Shown one piece after another: positions 19,928 to 29,863 of a stretch of DNA of 64,000 nt. The notes beneath the pieces were generated by a model. That model ran no database searches, was not told where the DNA came from, and saw nothing but the letters and a program-made list of their open reading frames with translations. Numbering within the stretch: position 1 is the stretch's first letter; every line of letters starts with the position of its first letter. Both the position numbers and the translations under genes were made by a program. The stretch is from a virus, in the IMG/VR virus record IMGVR_UViG_3300030098_005498, positions 1 to 64,000 of that record. One strand, 5' to 3'.

Positions 19928-21493
19928 TCAAATTTGTGACACTTGATTTACAATAAAAGAAGTTTTTTTTCTTTTGTCTACTTCTCCCATCAATAATACC
20001 GTATTATTATCTAGTAATAGATCTTTATACTTGTCGTAAGGTTCGGGAAAGATGACAACATCTTCTAGAGAGCCACTACCATCTTCTACTGTAAGAAAGG
20101 CCATTTCTTGGCCTGGATTTTTACCACGTTTGGTTTTTACAATTTTAACACGCACAATCTCTATAGCTAGGTTTGCTTTCTTTGTTATCACTCCACTGGA
20201 CACATCTTGACACAAATTTGTTACCATATTTAAATCTAATCCGTCAACTTTATTGCAGGTCAGGCTGCAACTCATATATTTCTCTTCATCTGCTGCGATT
20301 GTTACAGCCTTATCTCCAAGATCGTAAAATGGACTGTCTAGTGATTCTTTGATATCTTGTACTGTGGGCATTCTTCTAGAGTTAATTTTAATGGTGTTTG
20401 TCATGTGCGATATAGCTTCTGACAAACTTGATGCATAAACAGAAGGATCGCCGCTTTCATGATTTTCTGCAATGGCCTTTTGTTCCCTAGCCGATAGTTG
20501 CTTCCAGCTATCAAATTCATATAGCATTTTTTGACGACTTTCGCGGTTATTGGCTCCATTAAAAGCACCAACTGAAATTAACGCTATCGTAGATCTTTTA
20601 TTCAAATTTAATTTGTATATAATTTTTAACAAACAATCCAGCCAAGTATATTCACTTACATTGCCTAAAGTTTCTAGTTTTTCACACTCTTTGCCCCCTA
20701 CGTGTTTAATATGTTGTAGCCCATAGTATACAATATCTTTTTCTGTATTTCTAGTGAAGTTAGTGTAAAGATGTTGTAGCCTGGGGGGCAGGACATCAAT
20801 ATTGGCACGCTTGGCATCCATAATCAATTGCTTCTTCTCAACATCTGGGTCTGGTTTTCTATCAGCACGATTCAAATAAGTATTGTAAAACTTCTTTAAT
20901 CTATGTGTTTTACAGTAGGCGGACCAATATGCATTGATAGCATATGAAACCGCATGAGACTTATTGAAAGCATAACGATTTGATTTTTCAATCCATGAGA
21001 AAATTTCTTCTGCGATTTCCTTGGTGACGATGCTCTGTTTCTCTGCACCCTCTAGGAAAAACTTCTTTACTTTCTCCATAAGATCAGCTTTCTTTTTACC
21101 GATAGCCTTACGCAGTGCGTCTGCGTCCTTCAAGTCGAAACCAGCAAGTTGTTGTGCGATCATCATAGATTGTTCTTGATAAACAAGTACACCAAATGTT
21201 TCTTTAAGAATTGGCTCAAGGGAATCGTGGAGGTATTCTAGTGGAGAGTCTGGCTTTTTTGCTTTTCTATCAGCATAAACCTGGGTCATGCTTTTTCCGT
21301 TAGCATCTCTAGCCAACAAAGTGCCAGGACGAATAAGACTTACCAGAGCCGCTAATTCTTTAATGTTTCTGGGCTGAATTTCTTTTGCCCAATGTTTGCC
21401 TAGATTAGACTCCAACTGAAAAACACCCTTAGTATTTCCATCGCAAATGAGATCCCAAACTTCAGGATCATCAAAATTATTAATGTCGAACAT
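19928..21493 (-). CDS. dnaE: DNA polymerase III alpha, C-terminal half (fingers, HhH, OB)
   Basis: DD..VWDLI..G.TKGVFQLES, LIRPG, YQEQ, YAFNKSHA, MAFLTVED; GAGGA RBS before ATG 21493. Confidence 0.92.
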   Translation of the reverse strand: MFDINNFDDPEVWDLICDGNTKGVFQLESNLGKHWAKEIQPRNIKELAALVSLIRPGTLLARDANGKSMTQVYADRKAKKPDSPLEYLHDSLEPILKETFGVLVYQEQSMMIAQQLAGFDLKDADALRKAIGKKKADLMEKVKKFFLEGAEKQSIVTKEIAEEIFSWIEKSNRYAFNKSHAVSYAINAYWSAYCKTHRLKKFYNTYLNRADRKPDPDVEKKQLIMDAKRANIDVLPPRLQHLYTNFTRNTEKDIVYYGLQHIKHVGGKECEKLETLGNVSEYTWLDCLLKIIYKLNLNKRSTIALISVGAFNGANNRESRQKMLYEFDSWKQLSAREQKAIAENHESGDPSVYASSLSEAISHMTNTIKINSRRMPTVQDIKESLDSPFYDLGDKAVTIAADEEKYMSCSLTCNKVDGLDLNMVTNLCQDVSSGVITKKANLAIEIVRVKIVKTKRGKNPGQEMAFLTVEDGSGSLEDVVIFPEPYDKYKDLLLDNNTVLLMGEVDKRKKTSFIVNQVSQI

Positions 21494-22235
21494 GCGTAAT
21501 TTCCTCTGTACACATAAAGATATCACTACCATTGTCATAATATATGACATAATCTTCTTCGCTCAAAAACTCCACAATTTCTTTCCTTAATGTTGCAAAC
21601 CCTTTAAGACTTTCCTCTGTCTGTTCTTTATCAGTCACTTCAATCATCAAAAGGGGTTTATATTTTCTAATTGTATTGATAGCCCCTTCAAGAACTTCTG
21701 ACTCCTTGCCCTGAACATCAATCTTTATAAAGTCAACATCTGCAAAATCTAGACTGTCCAGAGTAACACAGTCTACCAAACCTTCTGAGTCATCTTTGAC
21801 TGCATAGCAACCACTATTGTGTTGATGACCTCTGGGCATTGGATGCTTGAAAACACTAACCTTTGAAGCGTGGTTGGAAATTGCTACATTATGAGCATGA
21901 ACATTGTCAACTTTATTTATTTTAATATTCTCTGTGAAAAATTTATAATTTGTTTCACAGGGTTCAAAGCCGTGTACATTATGATAAATTAAAGATAATG
22001 GAATTGACATAGTTCCAATATGACCGCCCACATCTAGAAATGTTTTGTTTCTTTTCGTCTTGGCAATATAAGACTTAATAATATTCAATTCAGAATCTCT
22101 AGGAGGCCCGCCACTCCAGTAAGGCTGTGAATTTCCTGTACTGATACTGTGGAGAAATGCGGGACAGTCTGTTATGTATGAGAAACCGTCCCATTGAGCG
22201 GGTCTGTAGCCTTCAATAATAAATTTTTTATTCAT
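21480..22235 (-). CDS. FkbM family methyltransferase
   Basis: FLDVGGHIG, FEPC, FIKIDVQGKE.EVLEGA. Confidence 0.85.
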   Translation of the reverse strand: MNKKFIIEGYRPAQWDGFSYITDCPAFLHSISTGNSQPYWSGGPPRDSELNIIKSYIAKTKRNKTFLDVGGHIGTMSIPLSLIYHNVHGFEPCETNYKFFTENIKINKVDNVHAHNVAISNHASKVSVFKHPMPRGHQHNSGCYAVKDDSEGLVDCVTLDSLDFADVDFIKIDVQGKESEVLEGAINTIRKYKPLLMIEVTDKEQTEESLKGFATLRKEIVEFLSEEDYVIYYDNGSDIFMCTEEITHVRH

Positions 22236-22259
22236 TAAAACACCTTCCTTTATTGAACT

Positions 22260-22844
22260 TTATTGAAAAATTTCCCAACAGGGACCATTTAATCTTATTT
22301 GCAGGTTGTTATCTTTGCAAAAATCATTTATAGCGTGTTTAACGTCTGTTGCCCCTGCGTCGTGTCCAAAAAAACCGGACTGACTTTTTAATTTAGGAAA
22401 CCAAGCCCTAAGATCAGCAAGCACATTATCGTAATCATGAGAAGCGTCTATAAAAACAAAGTCTAATGACTTATCTTCAAAATCTTTTGCCGCCTCTATA
22501 GATTCTTTTCTAATAGCCGTATAGTAGTCTTGGACGGGTTTCATATTTTTTATAAATTGATTATAAAGCCAGTCTTTTTGTTTTATGTTGGGTTCATAGG
22601 CAGCACTGTCTTCATTCAAATGTTCCTGACTTCCACTCCATGTGTCTATACAATAGAAGTCAATCTCTTTTTGCGAGTTGGCAATTTCTACTGCCATATA
22701 CGAAGCACTGGCACCTTTCCAAGAACCAACTTCAACAAACTTAGCACCAGTCGATGGAGCTTTAATAACTTGATTTTGGTATACTTTGTGAAAATCAAAC
22801 CATCCTTGGATATTGTTGTAAAAGTGATCTATATTATTTGACAT
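22260..22844 (-). CDS. Class I SAM-dependent methyltransferase (Methyltransf_24-like)
   Basis: VEVGSWKGAS, IDTW, DFVFIDASHDY, GHD. Confidence 0.85.
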   Translation of the reverse strand: MSNNIDHFYNNIQGWFDFHKVYQNQVIKAPSTGAKFVEVGSWKGASASYMAVEIANSQKEIDFYCIDTWSGSQEHLNEDSAAYEPNIKQKDWLYNQFIKNMKPVQDYYTAIRKESIEAAKDFEDKSLDFVFIDASHDYDNVLADLRAWFPKLKSQSGFFGHDAGATDVKHAINDFCKDNNLQIRLNGPCWEIFQ

Positions 22845-23520
22845 ATACTTCTCCTTTGGCAAAAGCCTTCTCAAATTTAATTTTCTTAGATAAGTTTCTT
22901 TGCATCTTTAAAAACTTAATCAAAATATTAGCAGTATCTTTGACATCCTGCAAGGCATCGTGGGCATTGTCTTTAGGCATACCAAAGTAGTCACGAAGAT
23001 AATCCATACTATAACCTTTTACGTCAGCATTATTTTCAAACCAACAATAAACGTGCTGCATAACATCCATAGTAAAAACAGGATTAAAAATTTTTTGTTT
23101 ACCTTTCTTCTCATCAACAGGTCCAAAAGCTTGGCACAATCTTTCAACAATGGGCATGTCATAGCCATTAATGTTATAGCCAGCTGCGATTGGTGCTGTA
23201 AAAGATGTACCCTTCCAATTATATTTGTCGCAAAATTGAGCAAACTTTTTCCATACAGTTTTAGGCATTGGACCTTTCGCAATTTCTGCCCTGGTTTTTC
23301 TAGTTACTTCCAAAGCTTTGTCTTCTACAGGGTCAAATCCAGCAGCGATTGCTTTCTCATCATCTACAATACATCGCATTTTACTTTCAAAAATTCCTCC
23401 TGGTTGCAGCTCCAATTTACGTGCGTGGATAGCAACGGCAGCAATCTGGGTTGGCTGACACTTGTAAGGATTCTGACCTGTGGTCTCAAAGTCGAATACG
23501 ATGATATCACGATAATTCAT
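22834..23520 (-). CDS. DEDDh 3'-5' exonuclease (DnaQ/epsilon-like)
   Basis: ExoI FDFETTG, ExoII GYN..GYD, ExoIII AHDALQD. Confidence 0.88.
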   Translation of the reverse strand: MNYRDIIVFDFETTGQNPYKCQPTQIAAVAIHARKLELQPGGIFESKMRCIVDDEKAIAAGFDPVEDKALEVTRKTRAEIAKGPMPKTVWKKFAQFCDKYNWKGTSFTAPIAAGYNINGYDMPIVERLCQAFGPVDEKKGKQKIFNPVFTMDVMQHVYCWFENNADVKGYSMDYLRDYFGMPKDNAHDALQDVKDTANILIKFLKMQRNLSKKIKFEKAFAKGEVYVK

Positions 23521-23625
23521 TGTATGATTTTTCCTCTACTATACTAGATTTGTTTAATTTATTAATCTCTCTTTTTATTTTTGCCCTCTTGTCGTTCAAG
23601 CGATATACGGACTGAGCTAATTCAA
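23507..23625 (-). pseudogene. C-terminal remnant of a DUF6165-like protein
   Basis: IELAQSVYRLNDKRAKIKREINKL..SSIVEEKSY matches the C-terminus of that family as I recall it; no N-terminal part or start codon is visible, and it abuts the end of the GT2 gene. Confidence 0.5.
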
Positions 23626-24273
23626 TAGATAAACCATAAGTTTTTGAGGTGTGTAGTATAAGTGATGTTCTGGATGACGTACAATATCCTGGCAAAAAAT
23701 ACCATCTTCTCCTGGTGATATTGTTTCATCATAAGTAATTTCTTTATTAATCAACATATTTGTTCTACATGATATTGGACCATGTGCAACATCTTCATCG
23801 TTTTTTGTTCTAATGTTGGAGCATGTTAAATTAATTCTTTCAACTTTTTGAATTGATTCATATTCAAAATTTAATTCTTCCCATCCCCCGAATGATTCTG
23901 GCGTATGGTAGTTATGAATTAAAGCAGAAACGTTGCTATCTTTAAAAACTTTTTTTAGATATTCGCATTTTTGTGGGTGAATTGCATCATCTACATCACA
24001 AAAACAAACCACATCGCTTGTGCTAATATGTCCTCCTGTATTTCTTGCCCACCCTGCTAGTAGTCGTTTTTTAGAATAATTATAAACAATATAATTGTTT
24101 TTTTTGCATTTATTAAATAATTGATCAATAGCGTTAGTATCTGCAAGACCGCTACATATAACCACTACCTCTTCAGGTTTTACGGTTTGAGATTTTATAT
24201 ATTTAATACATTGATCTAAGTAATGAACATCTTTATCGCAGCATGTTACACAAAAGGTTACACTTATATTCAT
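23617..24273 (-). CDS. Glycosyltransferase family 2
   Basis: AGWARN, CFCDVDD, GEDG. Confidence 0.8.
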   Translation of the reverse strand: MNISVTFCVTCCDKDVHYLDQCIKYIKSQTVKPEEVVVICSGLADTNAIDQLFNKCKKNNYIVYNYSKKRLLAGWARNTGGHISTSDVVCFCDVDDAIHPQKCEYLKKVFKDSNVSALIHNYHTPESFGGWEELNFEYESIQKVERINLTCSNIRTKNDEDVAHGPISCRTNMLINKEITYDETISPGEDGIFCQDIVRHPEHHLYYTPQKLMVYLLN

Positions 24274-24494
24274 GAAACTCTTCTCTTTTGCTTTAGTTCT
24301 ATAAATTTCTTTACAGCATCATCAATGTTGTAATAAAGAGAATGAAAATTTAATCTGTCAGAACAAACTTGATATTTAGCTCTCGGTACAAAATTATGCA
24401 TAAAGTTTTCTAAATTACACAAAGATACTCCATTGGATTCTACGGCTGAACCATCAAAGACAACAGCACGATATATTTCAAAGTAATTACTCAT
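24270..24494 (-). CDS. Hypothetical protein
   Basis: Small ORF overlapping both neighbours (translational coupling). Confidence 0.55.
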   Translation of the reverse strand: MSNYFEIYRAVVFDGSAVESNGVSLCNLENFMHNFVPRAKYQVCSDRLNFHSLYYNIDDAVKKFIELKQKRRVS

Positions 24495-26043
24495 CTTCAC
24501 AAATCTCCATTATTTTAGAAAGTAGGTCAATTCCAAGAACGTCAAACTTTACATGTCCTTGAGTTTCTAATGCATTCATTTCAAAGGCTACAACTGGATC
24601 TCCAGATTTGTCAACAGTCATGGGACAAACATTTGATAAAACGTGTTGAGATATTACAACTCCGGCAGGGTGTTTTCCCTGAGACTTATTTGTTCCTTCG
24701 ATATTTATAGCTTGCTCAAATAGATTAGCCAAAGGCCCGTCAAGTTTATCTTCATTGTAGAAGACCCAGTTCTTCAATTTTTCAGGTTCATTTTCAAGTG
24801 TCCACCTAATAACAGATTTGTCATCCATCAATTCAAGCTGGTCGGAAATCTTGGCTTCATCAGGTATACTATCTGTTATCTCATTCATTTCAGCAAAAGA
24901 CACAGCTTCGTTTATCCTTAATACTTCTTTTACAGCAGAACGACCCTGTAGTCTACCGAATGTAATCATTTGTGCTACGTTTTGTTCGCCATATTTTTGT
25001 TTCATATAATCAATAACTTCATCCCTATGTTCAGCGGGAACGTCCATATCAATATCTGGAATTGCAATATTCCCGTCTGTGTTTCTACCTTCGTTATAGA
25101 ATCTTTCAAAGATTAAATCATATTCTATCGGGTCAACCTCTGTGATATCTAGCAAATAAGAAACAAGACATCCGGCAGCAGATCCGCGACCAGGACCAGC
25201 GAGCCAACCTTGTGATTTTACCCAACTTATAATATCTTGTACAATTAAAAAGTAGCCAGAAAGTTGAGCCTTAAAAATAACCTTAAGTTCATGTTTTACT
25301 CTTTCTGCATAAATATTCCTGTTAGTGGCATTTGATACCTTGTCACTAGGTATTAGTTTTGTTTTCCATCCTTCTCGACAAAGTTCTGTTAGATATTCAT
25401 CTTCATCAAATCCCTCGGGGCAATCAAAGGTGGGAAATGAGGGCTGATCTGCAAGATCATATTCTTCGCAGCGATCTACAATTTTAGAAACGTCTGATTC
25501 TCTACCTGATGTTTGCAAGTACCACTGATCATCGCCGTTAAAAAACTGTTCATAGTCATGTTCAACGTTTTTGATTTTCTTTAGAGTGGTTTTGAGCTTA
25601 CCACAAAGCATGATTCTATGGCACTCAGCATCACTCTGATCAACATAATAGATTGCCTGCGGCTCATAGTCAAGCTGTATATGATTACCCTTAAAGAGAT
25701 TTGCAAATCCGTTTACATTTGATGTCACGCATAGAACATTACCATTGGCGGCAACTTCTTTTAGTACATTAAGATTTTGATTTGAAACATATCTAACAAG
25801 GTCGAACCAGCCGTTTTTGTTTTTTGCATATAAAATATACCCATCAAATTGACATCCGATGATTGGTTTAATTCCATGTTTTTTGCAGTCTTGTTGGAAT
25901 TCTACAGCACCAGATACGGTTCCAAAGTCCGCAATACCACAGGCCGAGTAACCATATTCAGAGCAACGTTTTGCCAACTTATCCGTTTTACAAAACCCAT
26001 GCTGTAGACTGAAGTGAGTTTTACAATTAATGGGATTCCACAT
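24487..26043 (-). CDS. dnaE: DNA polymerase III alpha, N-terminal half (degenerate PHP, palm, thumb)
   Basis: THFSL, YFLIVQD, GPGRGSAAG, FERF, PDIDMD, HPAGVVIS, KFDVLG; GAGGA RBS before ATG 26043. Confidence 0.93.
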   Translation of the reverse strand: MWNPINCKTHFSLQHGFCKTDKLAKRCSEYGYSACGIADFGTVSGAVEFQQDCKKHGIKPIIGCQFDGYILYAKNKNGWFDLVRYVSNQNLNVLKEVAANGNVLCVTSNVNGFANLFKGNHIQLDYEPQAIYYVDQSDAECHRIMLCGKLKTTLKKIKNVEHDYEQFFNGDDQWYLQTSGRESDVSKIVDRCEEYDLADQPSFPTFDCPEGFDEDEYLTELCREGWKTKLIPSDKVSNATNRNIYAERVKHELKVIFKAQLSGYFLIVQDIISWVKSQGWLAGPGRGSAAGCLVSYLLDITEVDPIEYDLIFERFYNEGRNTDGNIAIPDIDMDVPAEHRDEVIDYMKQKYGEQNVAQMITFGRLQGRSAVKEVLRINEAVSFAEMNEITDSIPDEAKISDQLELMDDKSVIRWTLENEPEKLKNWVFYNEDKLDGPLANLFEQAINIEGTNKSQGKHPAGVVISQHVLSNVCPMTVDKSGDPVVAFEMNALETQGHVKFDVLGIDLLSKIMEICEDE

Positions 26044-26076
26044 AATGTTCCTCAATTATTTAATAGATGTTTCCCT

Positions 26077-26105
26077 ATTATACTATACAGTCTTTTGTTT
26101 GTCAA
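26077..26105 (-). promoter_or_regulatory. Consensus sigma70 promoter upstream of dnaE-N
   Basis: TTGACA-17 bp-TATAAT exactly. Confidence 0.85.
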
Positions 26106-26115
26106 TTATAGATGT

Positions 26116-26973
26116 CTAAAAACTCACATGTTTTACCATAGGTTTATCTTTGTGTTCTTTTTTTAATTTGTTGTATTTTAATAACTTTAATTTAAATGTT
26201 TCTTGGTATACTTGTTGTATGTATTGGATGTAATAATCAGAACAAAGTCTCCCAGCACCATTCATAGAGTTGTCGTTCATAGAAAAAAAACTACCAACAT
26301 TTTTAGAGTTGTATTCCAGAGAGTCAGATGGATCGACTGTAGACAAAAGCATTGTATTATAAATCTCTCTGTGTTTTATATCGTAGGTTCTTTGTTCTGC
26401 ACCCTGATGAACATGATATGATTTTATTAAGTGACATGGGTTAATAACTTTAAAATTATTTACAATAGCTAAAAAGCAAATATGATTATCGCAACATTGT
26501 GTACCTTGATAAAAGAAAGATGTGTTTATCATTTCTTCTGGTATTTTTTTTCTGAATGCCCACACATCTTGAGAAAAAGCTTCGTGCCCTTGTATTTCAG
26601 TTTCACTATCGTAAGTGTTCCATCTGGTCAAACAAACAAAATAATCTTCTTTAATGCCTTCAAGTTGGGCTAGGGTATTGTCAAAGTAAATATCATTATT
26701 TGCAATTATGTATATTGTATTTTCACAAAAATTGTTGTTGCAATATGTAAAATAGTCTGCATAGGTCATTCTTTTCTTTGTTGGAATGCGTGTTATTTTT
26801 TGATCTTTACAAAGACTCACATCTTTATCGGCAAAAACGATTATGCTATCAATATATTCGCACTCTATGTTTTTTTGCAATACTTTAGAAAATTCTTCGT
26901 TTCTTTGTGAAAACTCAGATTTGTAAAGTTCAACAAGTAGTGTTATACTATCCCGGTGCCTCATAATGTCCAA
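26116..26973 (-). CDS. Glycosyltransferase-like hypothetical protein
   Basis: IIANNDIYFD, SQDVWAF, CDN, H.H motifs seen in phage GT-A-like proteins. Confidence 0.55.
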   Translation of the reverse strand: MDIMRHRDSITLLVELYKSEFSQRNEEFSKVLQKNIECEYIDSIIVFADKDVSLCKDQKITRIPTKKRMTYADYFTYCNNNFCENTIYIIANNDIYFDNTLAQLEGIKEDYFVCLTRWNTYDSETEIQGHEAFSQDVWAFRKKIPEEMINTSFFYQGTQCCDNHICFLAIVNNFKVINPCHLIKSYHVHQGAEQRTYDIKHREIYNTMLLSTVDPSDSLEYNSKNVGSFFSMNDNSMNGAGRLCSDYYIQYIQQVYQETFKLKLLKYNKLKKEHKDKPMVKHVSF

Positions 26974-27973
26974 TATTAAATCCTTCCTTAGTGCATTTTT
27001 CTACAGTATCATCATAACCAAATGCCTTAAGATGTTCTTCTACATGTTCGCACATTGAGATGTTTGTTCCGGGCCAATTCTTTTTATAAAAATCACATAA
27101 TTTTGTACATTTAAAACTAGTCCTATTCCTAGAGCATGGTTGCGGAAAATCATTGCGTTGAATTTGTTTAAATCTTTGTTCTAGCATTCCTAGAAATTTT
27201 TCTTGATCATTTTGATCGAAACACATACTGAATGGGCCACCATCCCTAATAAAAAATATAGACATAATTGCCTGATCATAGTCAGGGTACAGTTTAGAAA
27301 TTGCATAGTGATATAAAAGCAACTGAGGATCTTCAATTAACTTTTCATATGTTTTTTCTTCTCCAGTAGCCCAGTTTTTACGTTGTCCAGTTTTCCAATC
27401 AATAACTTCAATAATTCCATCGTCAACTTCAGTAACAAGGTCAATTGTTCCCTTGATCGCTAATTGACACTCCGTTATTTTACCGTCTGGCGTCTTGTAT
27501 TTAAATTTTGCCCAGTCACGATCAATCGGAATATCAAACTGAGGCTCCGCTTCTACGATGTTTCTTTTTCTGGGGTCGAATTGTCCATTATGATATTCTA
27601 GTGCTTGATCAGTTAGCTTTCTACAAAACTTTTTATCAGACCCCGTATATTTATGTATGCAGTTGCTTGTATAATGATCATAACTTCGATCTAATATTTT
27701 AGTAACAAGGGTTTTTGTAAATAGGTTTTTAGCTGTAAAATTCACCTTACCAATTGCATCATCATTTATAAATAAACTTTTTTTATTATTATTATTATCT
27801 TGAAGTTGTTTTTTACAAGAGGCTAATATCTCCATAACCTTATGAACAATCGTTCCTAGTTGTGCTTTTTTCCCAGATGTTGTTTGATGTCCTAATACAT
27901 AGGTCATAAAAAATTGCATTTGGCAATAATCATAGTTATTATAAGATGAACTTCGGATATATGTTACTATCAA
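26948..27973 (-). CDS. PD-(D/E)xK nuclease, Cas4/RecB-like, with Fe-S-type cysteines
   Basis: YCQ..F, GTIVH, KGTIDL...IDWKTG, QL..Y, C-terminal C..LC..C. Confidence 0.8.
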   Translation of the reverse strand: MIVTYIRSSSYNNYDYCQMQFFMTYVLGHQTTSGKKAQLGTIVHKVMEILASCKKQLQDNNNNKKSLFINDDAIGKVNFTAKNLFTKTLVTKILDRSYDHYTSNCIHKYTGSDKKFCRKLTDQALEYHNGQFDPRKRNIVEAEPQFDIPIDRDWAKFKYKTPDGKITECQLAIKGTIDLVTEVDDGIIEVIDWKTGQRKNWATGEEKTYEKLIEDPQLLLYHYAISKLYPDYDQAIMSIFFIRDGGPFSMCFDQNDQEKFLGMLEQRFKQIQRNDFPQPCSRNRTSFKCTKLCDFYKKNWPGTNISMCEHVEEHLKAFGYDDTVEKCTKEGFNIGHYEAPG

Positions 27974-28794
27974 TCTTTTGCCTTTATAGTATGGAGTCCT
28001 TTTTTATGATTAGTCACCGTGGGTTCTCCCAGCCAGCCCCATTCATTTAATTGTTTTATCACCTCTACACAAAGATCTTTTATATCCATATCTTCATTGT
28101 CAATAATCACATCAAATGCATCGGGATTTTCTTTAATAATTTGTTCACTAGCGTGACTGTCTTCATATGGGCGTCTGGTTAAAGCTATTACTTTTCCTCC
28201 AGCTTCTTGTATAGCTTTAATTTCGTTGCCAAAACGACAATCATCAATAACAGCCAACAAGGATTCTTCTTCTTGTATATTTTTAATACACCGATTAATC
28301 CATATCGGTTCATACATTTTCCTGCAAATATTTGTACCAAAGTATTGTAGAAATTCACGGACTGTCATTGGTCCAGACTTTTTACGATTATTTTTAGACC
28401 TTCCTGGCATGTTTTCCCATCTAAGATGAGGTACTTGCTGCATCTTATAAGCCTCTGTGCCGTACACTTGCTCGTTAGTTAATCCGAACAATCCTACACT
28501 TATATCTTTTAGAGAATCTGCAAAAGAATATTTTTTTACAAATGGCCACATATGGTAAATAGCCCATTCTATGAATTCTGCGTCTTTTCGATTTAAATCT
28601 ATATATGTATCTCCAACTTCTTTTTTGCCCTCAGCTAAAAGGATTTCAGTTTTTACAGCTAATTTTCCTTGATTATCAATAAAGAAATCTTGGACCACTT
28701 CTTGAGCACGTAATTGATATCCATGCAAAAAGTTGCAACAAGTTGATTTTCCGGCCTGTTTAGCACCAGCAAATGCTAAAATTCTAGTGTTCAT
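27970..28794 (-). CDS. Deoxynucleoside monophosphate kinase
   Basis: GAKQAGKST, SFADSLK, REFLQYFGT..CR, DDCRF.NE, HASE. Confidence 0.85.
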   Translation of the reverse strand: MNTRILAFAGAKQAGKSTCCNFLHGYQLRAQEVVQDFFIDNQGKLAVKTEILLAEGKKEVGDTYIDLNRKDAEFIEWAIYHMWPFVKKYSFADSLKDISVGLFGLTNEQVYGTEAYKMQQVPHLRWENMPGRSKNNRKKSGPMTVREFLQYFGTNICRKMYEPIWINRCIKNIQEEESLLAVIDDCRFGNEIKAIQEAGGKVIALTRRPYEDSHASEQIIKENPDAFDVIIDNEDMDIKDLCVEVIKQLNEWGWLGEPTVTNHKKGLHTIKAKD

Positions 28795-29863
28795 TAATTA
28801 ATTCCTTAATTTGAGGATAGATAAGTTCTTTAATTTGTTCTACTGTAAGATCTCCAATATCTTTTATACCGTCTGGCATATCTGGTCTGATATAGTTAAA
28901 TCTTCTACCACACTTTTTAATAATTTGTTCAGAAGCTTTCTTTCCAGCATCGTCATAATCTGTTAGGATTATCAAATTTAATGCTCCGCTTTGTTCTAGC
29001 AGAATTAATTGGTCTTCATTAATACTACAGCCAAAGATGCCAACCGTCATATCTAACCCGGCTTCAACAGCTCTCCAAACATCTCCCTGTCCTTCAACAA
29101 TAATAGCGGTACGTGTTTCAAATATTTTATTTTTGGCTAAATTTAATCCATACAAAATATTTTTAGTAAATCCTTTACTGTGCAACCATTTTGGTTGTAG
29201 GTGTTCTTTAATCGCTCTTCCTACACAGCCTACATAATTGTAGTCTTCATCGTAGATTGGAACAACGACTCTACCGGACATTGGTTGATTTTCTTTTAAA
29301 CATTCACCAACATCAAAACACTCTAATACTGATTCAGTATAATTTCTTTGCAAATAATATTTTGCGGGTATATCTAACTTTTGTTGTATTGATGATCTTG
29401 TTACATCTGATTTGTTTCTAGATATTGAACGGTTGAATATATCTATAGTTTTAGCATGGTGTTGTTGGGGAATTTGTAAAGATTCTAGATCTTTTTTCAA
29501 AAAATGACATAAAAAATCTGCTGTTTCATTCATACTTACAGATCTTTCTCTTTGTTGAGATAAGCAACCTCTAACAAAACCAAAAAGATTATTAATATAT
29601 TCTTCATGACAATTATGTGTCCAGCAAGCCCAGTTACCTTTATTGGTCAATCCATCAGTAAATATACAGCACGCTTCTCTATTATCACCCCCATGTACGG
29701 GGCATGGAAAAGCGATTCGATTTGGATACTCAACGTAGTCTATTCCAAAATATTCTAACAAAGATTGAATTTTTAAAAGTGTTTCATCACACAGAGATGA
29801 GATCTTCTCCTTCGTCAATCTCCTGTGTTTCAAATCCCTGCTGTCTGTTTGCGTTGTTTTCAT
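28784..29863 (-). CDS. dnaG: DNA primase (CHC2 zinc finger + Toprim)
   Basis: CPVH..D...CWT..C, GRVVVPI, VEGQGD, DYDDAG. Confidence 0.88.
   Translation of the reverse strand: MKTTQTDSRDLKHRRLTKEKISSLCDETLLKIQSLLEYFGIDYVEYPNRIAFPCPVHGGDNREACCIFTDGLTNKGNWACWTHNCHEEYINNLFGFVRGCLSQQRERSVSMNETADFLCHFLKKDLESLQIPQQHHAKTIDIFNRSISRNKSDVTRSSIQQKLDIPAKYYLQRNYTESVLECFDVGECLKENQPMSGRVVVPIYDEDYNYVGCVGRAIKEHLQPKWLHSKGFTKNILYGLNLAKNKIFETRTAIIVEGQGDVWRAVEAGLDMTVGIFGCSINEDQLILLEQSGALNLIILTDYDDAGKKASEQIIKKCGRRFNYIRPDMPDGIKDIGDLTVEQIKELIYPQIKELINEH

Noticed and set aside
22960-23547. 195-aa plus-strand ORF
   Set aside because: Antisense shadow of the DEDDh exonuclease; no recognisable motifs.
19928-26043. Split intein (cyanobacterial DnaE type) joining the two dnaE genes
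   Set aside because: Neither junction has intein blocks; both ends align directly with polymerase sequence and the usual insertion site (YAFNKSH) is uninterrupted.
26948-27973. CRISPR-Cas system suggested by the Cas4-like nuclease
   Set aside because: No repeat-spacer array or other cas genes seen; solo Cas4/RecB-like nucleases are common in phage replication blocks.
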